From Macrostomum hystrix (Eukaryota > Animalia > Platyhelminthes), in assembly GCA_950097015.1 (NCBI GenBank), contig CATNEN010000003.1, positions 8,990,001-9,054,000 on the forward strand: DNA of 64,000 nt. Reading direction: 5' to 3'. This document shows positions 48,801-63,800 of the stretch, piece by piece. Every line of letters begins with the position of its first letter. Position 1 is the first letter of the stretch. The position numbers and the translations under genes are program-made. Under the pieces are notes generated by a model, which saw only the letters and a list, made by a program, of their open reading frames with translations, was not told the DNA's origin and searched no databases.

Positions 48801-51800
48801 ACGAATCTAGCTGACATGTCTGATAATCCCAGAAAAAAACATAGAGCTTTATTAACTTCTTCCATCTTTGAGCTTATGACTCATTTGTTTATAATAATTC
48901 CGCTATTTGTGTGTGCAGCTTTTAATGCAGTTTTTTTCGACAAAAAACTAGTAGAAATTCATGTTTTACTGTTGCCTTGTCTGTTAAATTATTTGAGGCG
49001 ATAAAGCATACAACTTAAAGTCGGAAACAGAGATGATATTTAACACTGCCTGCATTGTCTTATGCCATGCATCTTTTTAAAAAACCCCATCCCGGATATG
49101 TCAATGCTGTGTTTTTTGGCAAATTTCCCGTAGCATTTGTGAAAGCTTTTAAAACGCGCGCATACACAATAGAAGATGCAACTGTAGCAACACAAAAAGC
49201 TTAGCTCTGCCTATGTATCTGTTTAGTTACTGAAAACTTGAGAGACAACAGAAAAAATGAGGATCTGGTAAGATGACAGTTGCAGTGAAGGCTGCTTTCA
49301 CTGGAGCTGCACCAACTGGCGCCAAGAAATTGTGCTGAAAGACAATTAAAAGAGAGAAATTATTGAAAAAAACAGATGGGAGACATCTACTAGAGGCAAT
49401 GAATGCTTAATTAGAAATTCTGCCACGGCTCACCATGGTCTGTTTTGGAGATTGGATTGGCGACAATCAACGCTGTGCCTAATATGAAAGAGAAAAATCA
49501 CTCCTAATAGAAAAAGAGAGAAGCAGAAAAATAATTTACAAAATTCTTAACCTTCCCTTGTGTCTAAAGCAGATACTTGTGCTCGCAAAATATTCTAGCT
49601 TCTAGTCGCAGGTAGGTAAAAAAGCTATTTTCATCAGAAAACAGTTCTTTAGTTGCAAAAGCGGAAGATTTTTTGAAAATCAAATGCCTATACGGATCTA
49701 ATAACTTGGTTTATTGGCCCATGCCGATATGTATTGAAAAACTCCAACTATCCGCCTTTTGCGTATTCGTGCTCATGGATCAGCAGAATGGACAGAATTG
49801 CCACGTAGAACTCAAACAAACATACATAGGACAGAGAGAAATACTGGTATAACTTAGGAATTCAGGGAATCGCAGGTGTTAAGAAAACTTGAGCAGTCTC
49901 TGGTTACTGTGCTCAATACCGTAGTAGGGCAGATTAGATAGGAGCAGAGAATATTGCTGAACATAAATAAACACGCTGACGCTTGTTAAGCGACAGATCT
50001 AGAATAGAATAGTTGAGAGAACGGCACCAAGACTCAGCTAGGCGTGAATTATGGATAGACTTCCGTCTTTCTCTCCTTTAGCCTCAATCTCGCGCGCGCG
50101 CTTCTTCCCAAAAATCTCTTTCTCCAAAAAGAGCTTTACTGTGGTTTCCGCCAATATTGTGAATATTAGTGTGTGTGAGGAGCAAAACAGGAGTCTAAGA
50201 TTGACATAGCCTAACTTAGTTACGTTATAATCTTGCAGTTTGTTCGATTATCATCGTAAAATAGCTTTACTCCAGCTTTGCGTTTACAGAACTTAAGTAT
50301 GCTTCTGTGTATAATAATATGCTAAGTGACATTAGTAAGAAAGTAAAATAACGAGCCAATTCAGTCGACAATGTCCATCATTGTACGATGCATTTGAATA
50401 ACTAGTTACTATCAAGCCAAGCAGTCAAGATAACGCAAGACCATGAACTAGCTTTAGAGGACTAGGGTACTGACTGTAGAAAACAGAATCGAGGACGACA
50501 GCCACAGCAGCCAATAGCGTTAAAGAAGAACCGGCGTCCAACCTCTCTACTCCTCCACGCTTCCATCCAATCTCCCAGCTGCCACACTAAAATCCAAAGC
50601 TTGCAGGCAATGCAGTATAAGAGAAAATAAGAAGAGGCGAGACAAGATGGTCCTCAGAAATATTTCACGCGCAAACTTTCGCTTTCTTTTATTGTCCCCT
50701 AGGAACTTAGGCACGATATTGCCGACTGCTTGAAAGCCAATCTTCAGCTTGATAACCTTCCCATATTTGGCCACGCCAAGAATAGGAAATCAGGCGAAAT
50801 AAGGGCTTTAAAACGTAGGCGACGTCTACTTAGAATTCTGCTCCAAGAACCAGACGGCAGAATCGTTTCTTTAATCAGGCAGGCGAGCCGGGCAGCTATC
50901 GAGACTTCCAACCCGAAAAGAGGAACTGAGAAGAGAAAGAGGAAAGATAAAGATCGCTATTCATTTTATTCTAAGAAACCAAAGTGGTTCGCGCAAACCA
51001 ACCATCGAGCTTCAGGCAATATTGCCTTTTGGACCGATATCAAAGGCGCGATATCTATCAAAGCCGCAGACACCGCCCAAACTCCAACCGAAGGATCTAT
51101 AATGGCGTGATTGGCAAGGCGAGAACAGGAACGAGAAATCGACTCGAATAACAATTGGCTTCAGACTTGAATCAATCGCCTCCTTCGCCGACTGGCAAAT
51201 AATTTAGCCCACGATTTTTTTAGCTTTCCGTCGAAGAAAGTTAGATGAACTGCCAAGCTTCTACATCGTCAGCTGCGGCTGCGGCGGCCGCTGCGGCACT
51301 CGGTACAGAGTCTAATTCTGCATCCGGATCGACAATAACAACACCAATGTCTGGCTCTAGACGGCAGCGTCAATTGCAACAAAATCGACAGCGTCAGCCG
51401 CAGGCTTGGGGCTGGCGTCAGCGTTTTACCTCGCCGGATCATTTTGTATTCAACGCATTCATTGTGCTAGTACTCGCCAGCGGACTAATTGTTGTTGAAA
51501 GCTTCCAGTTTTTCTTCTGCTATCTAGCTAATTTGGATTGCTTAGATCTGTATAGCAGTCCGCCAGCGGCTTTACTCTACGGCTCAGGTCTAATCATAGG
51601 CGTCTACCTGCTATTGCCGGGTGTACTATGCCTAGTGGCTGCCAGAAGAGCACCTGGTGTAATTGAGACAGCAATGTGGACCTGTATCATCGGCATAGTG
51701 CTGATAGTCATACTGCTGGCGGCCACAGTATTCGAAGTGTCACAATACGCCAGATTGGTGACAAGAAGTACAACTAATCGCGGTAAGCACAGTGTCAATC

Positions 51801-54800
51801 TATTGATGTGCCTGGCTTGCATCACCCTAGCCGGCGTCCAACTGGCCTTTCTATCCATGGAAACGTGCGTCTGTCGGGCGAGTCTGCGTTGCCAACGCAA
51901 GGGCTACCAGATGGCTAGCAGCGATGTACCAGCCGAGGACAGATTTAACTATGACGAGGATGGACCAACGTCGCTTTGAAGTAACGCATAGTGACAGTTT
52001 TGCTTCTTTAAAATCAACTTCATTCGTAAATTAATTATGTCGTGATTATAGTTCATAACGCTTTCATTCGCAAACTTTGATGAATTATTAACGAACAAAA
52101 GAACAAAGTATTGTGAAGTTGTCATCCTTGTAGAAATTTAGCGACTAAAAAGCGATTTCAGATTTTTTCGATAGATTAAGTTATTCATGGCCCACCTCAT
52201 TCGCTTGCTTAGGCTTTATTTAGCTAGGAAAAATTGTGTCCTCTACCTGTATTTATCATGCTTTGTTGCGATGCTAAGATACACGACACGACCAAATGTG
52301 CGAGTGATTCAAGTAAGTGAGAGGCGGAAAAGTTTAAGAGCCAATTAACATCCTTTGGGACTGTTAATTCTTCGCTTGAAGGAACTTTACACGCTCGTCA
52401 AAAAGTCTCTCTCTTAGATTTATTTCCCTGAACTGTCCTCACCCCCCCCTGCCTAATAAATTTTATCCACACCTCCTTCGTCAATCCGAGCTGCCAATTC
52501 TTTCGCACCGCTCGCTTTTAAACTATATATACACAGACTTCCCTTTCCTTCCTCCTTATAGCACTAAACTAGGCAGAAAATGAGGCAGAACAAAATGGGA
52601 TACCGGCGGGAGCTGCGACAGAATAGGGAAACAGGAGACAGGATGGAAGTAAAAGAGGAGGGCAAGCCACTTCGCTTAAGGCTCTCAAATCCCTGCAAGC
52701 AACTTCTCAGTCAACTAACTCTCTCCTTATCCCCTCTCAGCCCCACCCTACTCAAGCTGAAGATAGCAGAGTTTAGTTTCCGCTTGCACACACACAGACG
52801 CGCCTAGATAGACTATAGTAGAGGCTGAAAAGCGAAATCAATACCCCGGCTCCACTGCGACCAATCTCCGAGTATCAATCACAGAGCTAAAGCGGGCCCA
52901 TGCAGCGAGTGTATCCAACGGGTTTGCTGTCCAGTTTTTCGTGTCTGTTATGCATAGTCTGCACACGCTTAAAGACATACACACACATTAAAAGCACATA
53001 TAAAATGAAAGGTTAAATGTGCATGCTTTTCCTATTAACTACTTACGCTGGCTAATATACAAAAATTGCACTAACATTTCCTTTGTAGTCAGCCACGAGC
53101 TTGTCAACTGATTATTGATCTAAGTGAATGAGATCAGAGAGCATTGTTTCTCTCTCTATTAGAATCACAATACTATAGCTATAAAGTATTTCTGTACAGC
53201 GTTTTGTGACAAGCACAGCTAAATTATTAAAATAAACGGAACGTTGTTCATTAATCCTTCCATTCATGACCTGCTTTTTTGTATAAGTCAATACGTGAGT
53301 CACTTTAGTCAGTTTGAAATCATTAGGGAATAGAACTTGGGCCATCAAAAGCTAGTTGCCACGGCTGCTAACTAGATATATATTCGATATAATAGAGTTA
53401 ATGATTTTCTTATATTGGCAGCAATCGTGAGCATGTGCATCTCGCCAGGACGGAGTATTATTTTTGACACTAACGAGACCTGATAGCCTCTAGGCAATGT
53501 CATGCGGTGAGATGAAGGGTCTAGTCAGGTCCCCCTCGTGTTTTAAAAGCAAGTGAATATTATTACGCAACAAACTGACAAGCACTGCACCCGAACCTAT
53601 TATATTACTGATGGGATAAGACAGGACAAGTCATATCGCATCCTTTAGGGGATAACAGTGTAATTAGTCCACACATTAATCTAAGGATCTTGTATTTTCA
53701 AGAATGATAAAGATAAAAGTAGGACAAGTTCAATTAGTGTCAACTGTGGCACTGTTTCTCTCTAGCTCTCGTTCTGTCTCTCTTATTTCATTATTAATTT
53801 CTTTTTTTACGCAGAAGAATCAATGAACATGGATAGGTATATAGAATCTTAACACTTATACCTACTCTAACCAAAGAGATAGGTGAGAATAGATGCTGTC
53901 TAAATGAATAATATATAAGCATGCACAGACAAGCCACATATGCATGTAGACAAGCATTTAGGTAGTTTTCCCACAATCTGAGGATAAAATCAATGCAAGA
54001 GATTGAGAAGGGCTCTCAAAACTATTCATTCTGGAAACAGATGTCACATTATTTTTGCTGCATTCATACATTGACACAAACCGTTTAATTACTAAACAAA
54101 TATCCCCCCCCTGTCACTTAAACAGGTTAGTTCTGCGTTGCTTAGCACTGTTATCATTCTCATATCTACGAAGGCGTGATCTAAAGAAAGTTATTGCTTT
54201 CATTGCTTCATAATATTGGCGAGGAAATGATAATGAACACTTGATTCAGAATCCATACTCAAATTAGATTTTAGTATCATGTGACTATTGACCTGAAGTC
54301 TGAATCTTAAATCACTAGGCTACAGCCTAGGCTAGACCAACAAATCATTTATGAAGTAGTAGGCAGACTGACAGTAAGATGGTCGAACATAATGTCAATC
54401 ACTAAGGCGTCAATCAAGATGCAAATGATTTACAATTGTTTAGTTAGCTTTCATTGTTAAAAATACACGCTTACTACTGTTTTATATATATGTAAATGTT
54501 GAACAAAGCTAACAAAAATTATTGCCTTAGACTGACAGATCAGTTTATTCAGATGGGACTTAAGAATGAGACGAGGCACAATTAAATACACGAGGGCCGC
54601 AGAGACACACTGGCAGTAGTAAAATTGACGAAAGAATAGAAAGTAAGACCTATTTAGTACGCTAAACTAACATAGACACAGACATACATTACCCAACTCC
54701 CATGGGAAGTTAGCAACTAAAAAATAGGAATTATAACAGGGGTCGGCAAACTCCGGCCCGCGGGCCAGATGCGGCCCTCGAAGCTCCCAAATCCGGCCCG

Positions 54801-57800
54801 TTGCCCCTTCTGACATCTACAGTGTCCTGTTTCATCTCTCTCGTGTCTAATCTCTCCCGTGTCTAATCTCTCCTGTGTCTCATATCTCCCGTGTCTAATC
54901 TCTCCTGTGTCTCATCGCTCTCGTGTCTTATCTCTCCCGTGTCTTATCTCTCCCGTGTCTTATCTCTCCCGTGTCTTATCTCTCCCGTGTCTTATCTCTC
55001 CCGTGTCTAATCTCTCCTGTTTCTCATCTCTCCCGTGTCTAATCTCTCCTGTTTCTCATCTCTCCCCTATCTTATATTTATACAGTCAATGCGGCCCGCT
55101 GTCATCTTTTAGGTTCTCTCTTTGGCCCGCCAGCAAATAAGTTTGCCTACCCCTGAATTATAAGAAGCCTTACACAGCTAGCTAGTAAAATATACTAAAA
55201 ATCTGAGAAAATGTGTTAAAAAATTTAATGAAAATCGATCGGTAATCGATTCGATGCATAAATGATTGATCGATTGAGGCCATTAATAAAAAAATCATGA
55301 TAAACACAATGTGAGCTTGTTTTGCTGTTGCGTAACTTAACGATTTTTTCTCTATCCTCAAGGCATGGCAATTTTCTTACTAAGCCAAGATAAAAAAATG
55401 ACAAACTGGGAAGATTTACAAATCTTCAACTTATATAGTTTCAGCTAGGCAATTCCTACATAAAATAATCCAAACCCTTCAACTATTTGTAGTAGGTCAA
55501 GTTCGAAAGCTTGTCAAAAAGTTTGACCCGAAAAAAAACGATAAGTAGTAAAGTTTTTTTAAAAAAAAATACACAAGCATCCTCAAGGGACATGGGAGAG
55601 GACCGGACAAGGTCAAGAACTCTGGACTGAAGTGACTTTTTCGGAAATAATAAAGGATCATGCTAGGCTGTGGCCAGCTCAAAATGTGGACAGAAAGAAA
55701 ACTATTTGCGTCCTAGAGCTGCAAGATAGTTAATTTTCTACAACATCGCTTCAGTTGACCAAATTGTAAGAGGCAAGAAACAATTATAATACTTTATGCA
55801 ACCCTACAACGACTAACAACTTATTAGTCTTCGGAATCTTCCTAGATCTAACTAGAAAAGTTGGGCTTTCCCTAGATCTAACTAGAAAAGTTGGGCTTTC
55901 CCTAGATCTTACTAGAAAAGTTGGGCTTTCCCTAGATCTAACTAGAAAACTTGGGATTTCCCTAGATCTAAGTAGAAATTTTGGGATTTCCCTAGATCTA
56001 ACTAGAAAAGTTGGGCTTTCCCTAGATCTAACTAGAAAAGTTGGGCTTTCCCTAGATCTAACTAGAAAAGTTGGGCTTTCCCTAGATCTAACTAGAAAAC
56101 TTGGGATTTCCCTAGATCTAAGTAGAAATTTTGGGATTTCCCTAGATCTAACTAGAAAAGTTGGGCTTTCCCTAGATCTAACTAGAAAAGTTGGGCTTTC
56201 CCTAGATCTAACTAGAAAAGTTGGGCTTTCCCTAGATCTTACTAGAAAAGTTGGGCTTTCCCTAGATCTAACTAGAAAAGTTGGGCTTTCCCTAGATCTA
56301 ACTAGAAAAGTTGGGCTTTCCCTAGATCTTACTAGAAAAGTTGGGCTTTCCCTAGATCTAACTAGAAAAGTTGGGCTTTCCCTAGATCTAACTAGAAAAG
56401 TTAAGATTTCCCTAGATCTAACTAGAAAATTTGGGCTTTCCCTAGATCTAACTAGAAAAGTTGGGCTTTCCCTAGATCTTACTAGAAAAGTTGGGCTTTC
56501 CCTAGATCTAACTAGAAAAGTTAAGATTTCCCTAGATCTAACTAGAAAATTTGGGATTTCCCTAGATCTAACTAGAAAAGTTGGGCTTTCCCTAGATCTA
56601 ACTAGAAAAGTTGGGCTTTCCCTAGATCTAACTAGAAAAGTTGGGCTTTCCCTAGATCTAACTAGAAAAGTTGGGCTTTCCCTAGATCTAACTAGAAAAG
56701 TTGGGCTTTCCCTAGATCTTACTAGAAAAGTTGGGCTTTCCCTAGATCTTACTAGAAAAGTTGGGCTTTCCCTAGATCTAACTAGAAAACTTGGGATTTC
56801 CCTAGATCTAAGTAGAAAAGTTGGGCTTTCCCTAGATCTTACTAGAAAAGTTGGGCTTTCCCTAGATCTAACTAGAAAAGTTGGGCTTTCCCTAGATCTA
56901 ACTAGAAAAGTTGGGCTTTCCCTAGATCTTACTAGAAAAGTTGGGCTTTCCCTAGATCTAACTAGAAAAGTTGGGCTTTCCCTAGATCTTACTAGAAAAG
57001 TTGGGCTTTCCCTAGATCTAACTAGAAAAGTTGGGCTTTCCCTAGATCTTACTAGAAAAGTTGGGCTTTCCCTAGATCTAACTAGAAAAGTTGGGCTTTC
57101 CCTAGATCTAACTAGAAAAGTTGGGCTTTCCCTAGATCTAACTAGAAAAGTTGGGCTTTCCCTAGATCTAACTAGAAAAGTTGGGATTTCCCTAGATCTA
57201 ACTAGAAATTTTTGGCTTTCCCTAGATCTAACTAGAAATTTTTGGCTTTCCCTAGATCTAACTAGAAATTTTTGGCTTTCCCTAGATCTAACTAGAAATC
57301 TCGGGATTTCCTAGTCGTAACTAAAAATCTCGGGATCTCTCTAGTCCTAACTCGAAATCTTGGGATTTCCCTAGTCCTAACTCGAAATCTCGGGATTTCC
57401 CTAGTCCTAACTCGAAATCTCGGGATTTCCCTAGTCCTAACTCGAAATCTTGGGATTTCCCTAGTCCTAACTCGAAATCTCGGGATTTCCCTAGTCCTAA
57501 CTCGAAATCTCGGGATTTCTTAAGACCAAATTAGAAACCTCGGGATTTCCCTAGTCCTAACTCGAAATCTCGGGATTTCTTAAGACCAAATTAGAAACCT
57601 CGGGATTTCCCTAGGATGAATGATCGAAAGAAATCAATAAGTGTCCTTTAGCAAGATAATTAATTTCCCCAATCGCTTTAACTGACTCAAGTGAAAAATG
57701 GATACCAGCATCAGCATGGGTAGAATTGAAATATATAAGTCTCATATGTTTAGATACATCTAGTTTAAATAATAAGTACTATAAACGCTAATTTCGCTTT

Positions 57801-60800
57801 TTATAAAATTTCGATAAATACTAAGTCCCTAACTACTATCAAATCTGCAAGAGAGAATATTTTAAATAATTAGTTAGCTATTCACGTATAGAGAGTAATA
57901 CAGGTAAAATATAAGATTTTACTCAATTCCCTATACTATTCAGCAGTCTAGGAGACACAGGTCAGAAAAATATCTTTGTATAACACAGGCGTCTGTCAGC
58001 TGACCTAGAGAAAAAACATTTCACTAACTTGACTTTTTACTGTCAACCGTTGCGGCCTTGTTGTTGTTCGTTTAGTGTGCAACCAAAGCCAGATGATGTC
58101 CGAGTCTAAGCAAGTCACGCGATGCTATGCAAACATTTTCCTTAAAGAGGTTGCTAACTTTGTACTTTTTTAAACCGCGTGGTTACACTAAAACAGAATG
58201 GGGTGCACTATCTAAGGCCTTATAGTTACTCTTGCTAATTTAGCTGAAGGCGACTGAAGAATTCCTATAAATCCTACTAGTAAGTTTGGGATTCGTAGTA
58301 GCTCTACCACTTGTCACTTGGGGATTCGCTGTAGCTCTACCACTAGTAACTTTGGGACTCGTAGTAGCTCTACCACTAGTAATTTTGGGACTCGTAGTAG
58401 CTCTACCACTAGTAACTTTGGGACTCGTAGTAGCTCTACCACTAGTAACTTTGGGACTAGTAGTAGCTCTACCACTTGTTACTTGGGGACTCGTAGTAGC
58501 TCTACCACTAGTAACTTTGGGACTCGTAGTAGCTCTACCACTAGTAACTTTGGGACTCGTAGTAGCTCTACCACTTGTTACTTGGGGACTCGTAGTAGCT
58601 CTACCACTAGTAACTTTGGGACTCGTAGTAGCTCTACCACTTGTTACTTGGGGACTCGTAGTAGCTCTACCACTAGTAACTTTGGGACTCGTAGTAGCTC
58701 TACCACTAGTAACTTTGGGACTCGTAGTAGCTCTACCACTAGTAACTTTGGGACTCGTAGTAGCTCTGCCACTAGTAACTTTGGGACTCGTAGTAGCTCT
58801 ACCACTAGTAACTTTGGGACTCGTAGTAGCTCTACCACTAGTAACTTTGGGACTCGTAGTAGCTCTACCACTTGTTACTTGGGGACTCGTAGTAGCTCTA
58901 CCACTAGTAATTTTGGGACTCGTAGTAGCTCTACCACTAGTAACTTTGGGACTCGTAGTAGCTCTACCACTTGTTACTTGGGGACTCGTAGTAGCTCTAC
59001 CACTAGTAACTTTGGGACTCGTAGTAGCTCTACCACTAGTAATTTTGGGACTCGTAGTAGCTCTACCACTAGTAACTTTGGGCTCCGTAGTAGTGTCCTA
59101 GAAGTGACCTAATAAGAAATTCTTATCTAACAAACGATCAAACCAGCCAGTTAAGGCAAAGAGAAAAAATTTCTTAACTTCAAATTTCCTTCAACTTCCC
59201 TCACAATGGCTTCTCTAACGCAGGCAGTAGGGCACCAATCCCAGTGCCTAAAGTAAGCTGAAAAAAAGAAAAATTCAGATCAAACATAAGCTCACAAAGC
59301 TAACAAATCAGTCATACATTTTCTATACACACACACACACACACACAGAAGCCACTGAAATGCAAATAGTAATTATGCTGTACATAAGGTTTCAAGAACC
59401 ACCATTAACTGTTGGAACCGTCGAATATAATAAGAAAGTATTACGAGTACAACTTCTATTTAATAGAACTAGAAAAAAAGCTGAAGAAAAGCTATTTTAC
59501 TGGGAAACTCGAAAAAAAGTACGAGTATAAGACTAAACATCGATATGTATAGTCCAAGAAGACAAGATGATGAAAAAAACTGGTAAGAAATTGGCAGACA
59601 GGGTTACAATAATCTGCCGAAATAATCTCCCATCTTTCCAAACGAACAAGAAAGTAGATATCTGTGGCTATGCCTGAAGTGAGAGGTCTAATCCCATGGG
59701 AGAAGACACTGCGAGCAAATGGAAAGCAGAAAACTGGAGTCGAAACCAAGCACAAAGATGCATGCCAACTCGCTGGGGTGTCAAAACACAGTTGACACAT
59801 CATATAATTTACAGCATTATTTCTATACTCCTACATACGCAAGTCCGTGTAACTCCGAACTCAGCTACATCACAGCTAGAGTATGCGCTAAACCGCAAAG
59901 CGAGTTACTTTAATTACAGATCTCAAAATGATAAATTTAGAAAATTATATCGCGTTATTATAGTTATCTCAGTTCAAGAGTAAAAAAATTATTTCGGATT
60001 TCCGCAATTTTAACTAAATCAATAATATCGAATTATTTCTATATCTATAATAATAAAGTAATGTTTTGGGATGTCTCCAATTCAAATAAGAAATATCGGG
60101 ATTTTCCTGGTCCTAATTATAAATACCAGGATTTTCCTTGTCCTAACTAGAAATCTCGGGATATCCCTAGTCCTACTATAAATATTGGGATTTCCCTAGT
60201 CTTAACTATAAATATCAGGATTCCCCCAGTGCCGACTAGCAATCTCAGGATTTCCCTAGTCCTAGAAACTGGAAATCTTGGGATTTCCCTTGTCCCAATT
60301 AGAAATCTCGGGATTTCCCTAGTCCTAACTATAAATCTCGGGATTTCCCTAGTCGTAACTAGAAATCTCGGGATTTCCCTAGTACTAACTAGAAATCTCG
60401 GGATTTTCCTAGCCGTAACTAGAAATCTCGGGATTTCCCTAGTCGTAACTAGAAATCTCGGGATTTCCCTAGTCGTAACTAGAAATCTCGGGATTTACCC
60501 AGGCCTAACTAGAAATCTCGGGATTTCCCTAGTCCCAACTTGAAATCTCGGGATTTACCTAGGCCTAGCTATAAATCCCCGGGATTTCCCAATATACTAT
60601 TTATAACTAGAAACAGTTTCAGTTTCAATACGTTCAATAAAATAGATTAGGGAAAAAAATAATAATCAAGGAGAACAAACAACCAAAAATGGAATATATT
60701 CATTATACCAGCACTTAGCTATAATTGTCCAGCATTTCTAATCGAATATTGAATATGTAATACTCGTAAAACAAACTAACTGATTGACTATATAACCTAG

Positions 60801-63800
60801 CAATCAACAACAGGGCAAATATTCGATTTCATTACTGACAGATGGCTATTTCGACATATGCTTGCCATGTCATTGAAGAGAGGGTTGGAGAGGGTTGTGA
60901 AGTGAGCTCTGATAAAGGGCAACGACTTTAGCGGGAATAAATTAATCTCTACATGCCAGTTCCGCTTATTGACAGGATCGATATGGGAAATCGTTTTCTA
61001 CGCCTTTCTTGTTAGTATGTCGTGGATTTTCTATAAACACTGACGTTAACATTGGCACTAACTGTAAAACGAATTCAGACTATTTAATTACATTAAGCTA
61101 CTATAAGTAAGCGAAAAGCAAACAGCTAGTTTCTTAATGTCAAGTGTAGAAACGACAGTAAAAGTGCACTACAAAAATATATTGTTGATGTTTTATTATA
61201 AGATAGGGCAAAGGGTGAGATAAAGGAATGAGAGAGATAAGACAGCTAAGGGTGAGATCAAGGAATGAGAGAGATGAGACAGCTAAGGGTGAGATCAAGG
61301 AATGAGAGAGATGAGACAGCTAAGGGTGAGATCAAGGAATGAGAGAGATGAGACAGCTAAGGATGAGATCAAGGAATGATAAAGGTAAGACAGCTAAGGG
61401 TGAGATCAAGGAATGATAAAGATAAGACAGCTAAGGGTGAGATCAAGGAATGAGAGAGATGAGACAGCTAAGGGTGAGATCAAGGAATGAGAGAGGTGAG
61501 ACAACTAAAGGTGAGATAGACGGATGAGAGATGAGAAATCGAGATTGAGGGTGAGAAATATATATCAGACAGGCTAAAGTGAGATAGGGGATAAGAGAAA
61601 GGCAGTTATGAATTAGGGTAGGGTGAGATATTAGTATGAGAAATTTTGTTATCCAGAATTCTCACCTCAAGCGCGATATCCCTTCGACTGGCGTTTCTCA
61701 AGCGCTCCATCTCCTTACGGAAGCGCGTCTCCTTAACAGGGAATCCGCCTAGCTCAGCAATGGTAGACTTGGCCTCCAAGCCTACATCGTCTGCAAACAG
61801 GCGGCCAAACATCTCTAGAGTCAGATGCCAGCGAGACAATAGGCTAGGCGACGTGCGACCGTCTAGAAACCTGGCATTGTAGGGCCAGCCAAATGGGGCC
61901 CTGGTTAATCCCAAATAGTTTGGCGAATTATCCTCGCGTTCGGCTGAATTTTTATCAATAGCGAATAGTTCTTCGCGACGCGAGGCCGGCTGTAGCAGGT
62001 GAGGCGCATCGGCTAGCGGCAGAGCATCTACTAGGGGAGTGTGGACAGGATCTGGCGGATTGCCGGCCAAGCTCAGCGTTGAACTGCTGCGCTGTAGGAA
62101 CGAGTGACGCGGAGGCGCAGGCGGCGGAGCAGGTTGCTGCTGCTGCTGCTGATGTTGATGATGCAGAAACTGGTGATGCTGATAAGGATTATTATCGTCG
62201 TGCAATAACGGCGGCGGAGGCGGCGGCGGCGGCGGTGGAGGAGGCGGCAGAGACGGAGGAGGAGGCGGCGGAGGCGGCAGCCATTCAGTGTGGCCACCAG
62301 GGTAGGCATCGCCGACACTACCAGCGACTGCGGCAGCGGCGGCACTGCCTCCACAGTCAGCCTTCATCAAATAGAAGAAAGCGTCAATAACGTAGGCCAG
62401 GTGTTTGAAGGCGGCCAGATCAAGGGCTGGTAGAAAGTCGCCGTGCTCGGAGGTGGCAGCGCGAACCTTGAATGGGATCAATATTTTTTATAGTTAATTT
62501 CTGCTTAATGATCCCATTATGAGTTTTTGTGAGTTCTAAAGCACACAATATAGCTACTGATTACTGAGCACGCATTCATAATGTCGTGTACATCACTGTG
62601 TCTTGGCGATTGGCCCTCACAAAATGAATTCTGACCATTCTAGTCATTGACTCACAGCCTCACCAAATCCTATGGAAAAAATACAAACCTGAGACAATGT
62701 ATAATGCTGCAATTCCCGCCTATTAATAGCGGACATTGTGCGCTGAGTGTTGGCCTCGGAGATTCCGCCGCCTGTAACTAAGGAACCCGATCCATAATAG
62801 CCAGCTGAGCCCTGGCTGTGATGCTGCTGCTGCTGCTGCTGCTGCATTGAAGACGAAGATCGACCTCCGCTGCCACCACCGCCGCCGCTAGGTGCCGAAA
62901 GTCGAGCAGACGAATTGGCTGTTGAAGCGGAAGCAGCCGCGGCTGCAGCTGCGGTGGCGGCTCGGTTAGCTACGGTGAATCGAGCGCCGAAACGAAGCTG
63001 ACTTTCCAGAGAATCGGTCAGGGTTACTAGCCAATGCCAGGAGTCCTGTGGAATGTTTAGAAAAAAAGTATTTTTAGGCTTTATTACTTAGTTTGTCTAC
63101 TGACAAGTAGCAATAAAGGAAAATGTAACTTTTTAAGGGTTGAATTGAAAGTTAGAATTAAGTTTACTAATGTTACTGATGTATAGAGATATATAGAGAT
63201 AGATACGGTGATATTATCAGATGAGAACCAACTTGTAGAATAGTCTTACCTGCAGAGCGGCTTGCACAGCGTCCCTAGCCGAGGCAGGCACTCTGGGCTG
63301 CAGATGGGGCGGCAGTGAGCCAGACGACTGGCACGACTGCATCAGCGGATGATCAAGGCCGCTGGCACTAGTGTGCGATTGCTGCTGCTGCTGCTGCTGC
63401 TGCTGGCCGGTCATCAGATCGGCAATAAGTCTAATCAGCAGTGCAAAGCCGCGAGCCAGATGAATGGCCGTAGTCTGTGAATTTGGCGCCTGATCTGAGA
63501 CACCGGAGCTGCCACCAGAGGCCGCTGCGGCTGCGGCGGCTGAGGACAAGCCACTGCGCGATGCGCTGAGAATGTGCTGACTGTGGCCGACAGCGCCGGC
63601 GCCTACGCCGCGACTCCCGGAAGATCCGGAGTCCAAGTAGATAACGGGAGGAACAACTCCACTAGCGGCGCCGCCGGATACTCGAAGCCGATTTTCAGCG
63701 GTGTTCAACGCCCACAGTAGGGGGTCGCGATTTGGCGATGCGGCGCGATGATAATGCTGCTGCTGCGGCTGCTGACTGTGCTGATGATGATGCTGATGGT

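Noticed and set aside
50730-51110. 126-aa basic ORF upstream of the 4-TM gene
   Set aside because: TTG start, no domain and no compatible splice pattern; probably UTR or intron.
58286-59112. 271- and 264-aa periodic ORFs
   Set aside because: 33-bp minisatellite; non-ATG starts and open in several frames.
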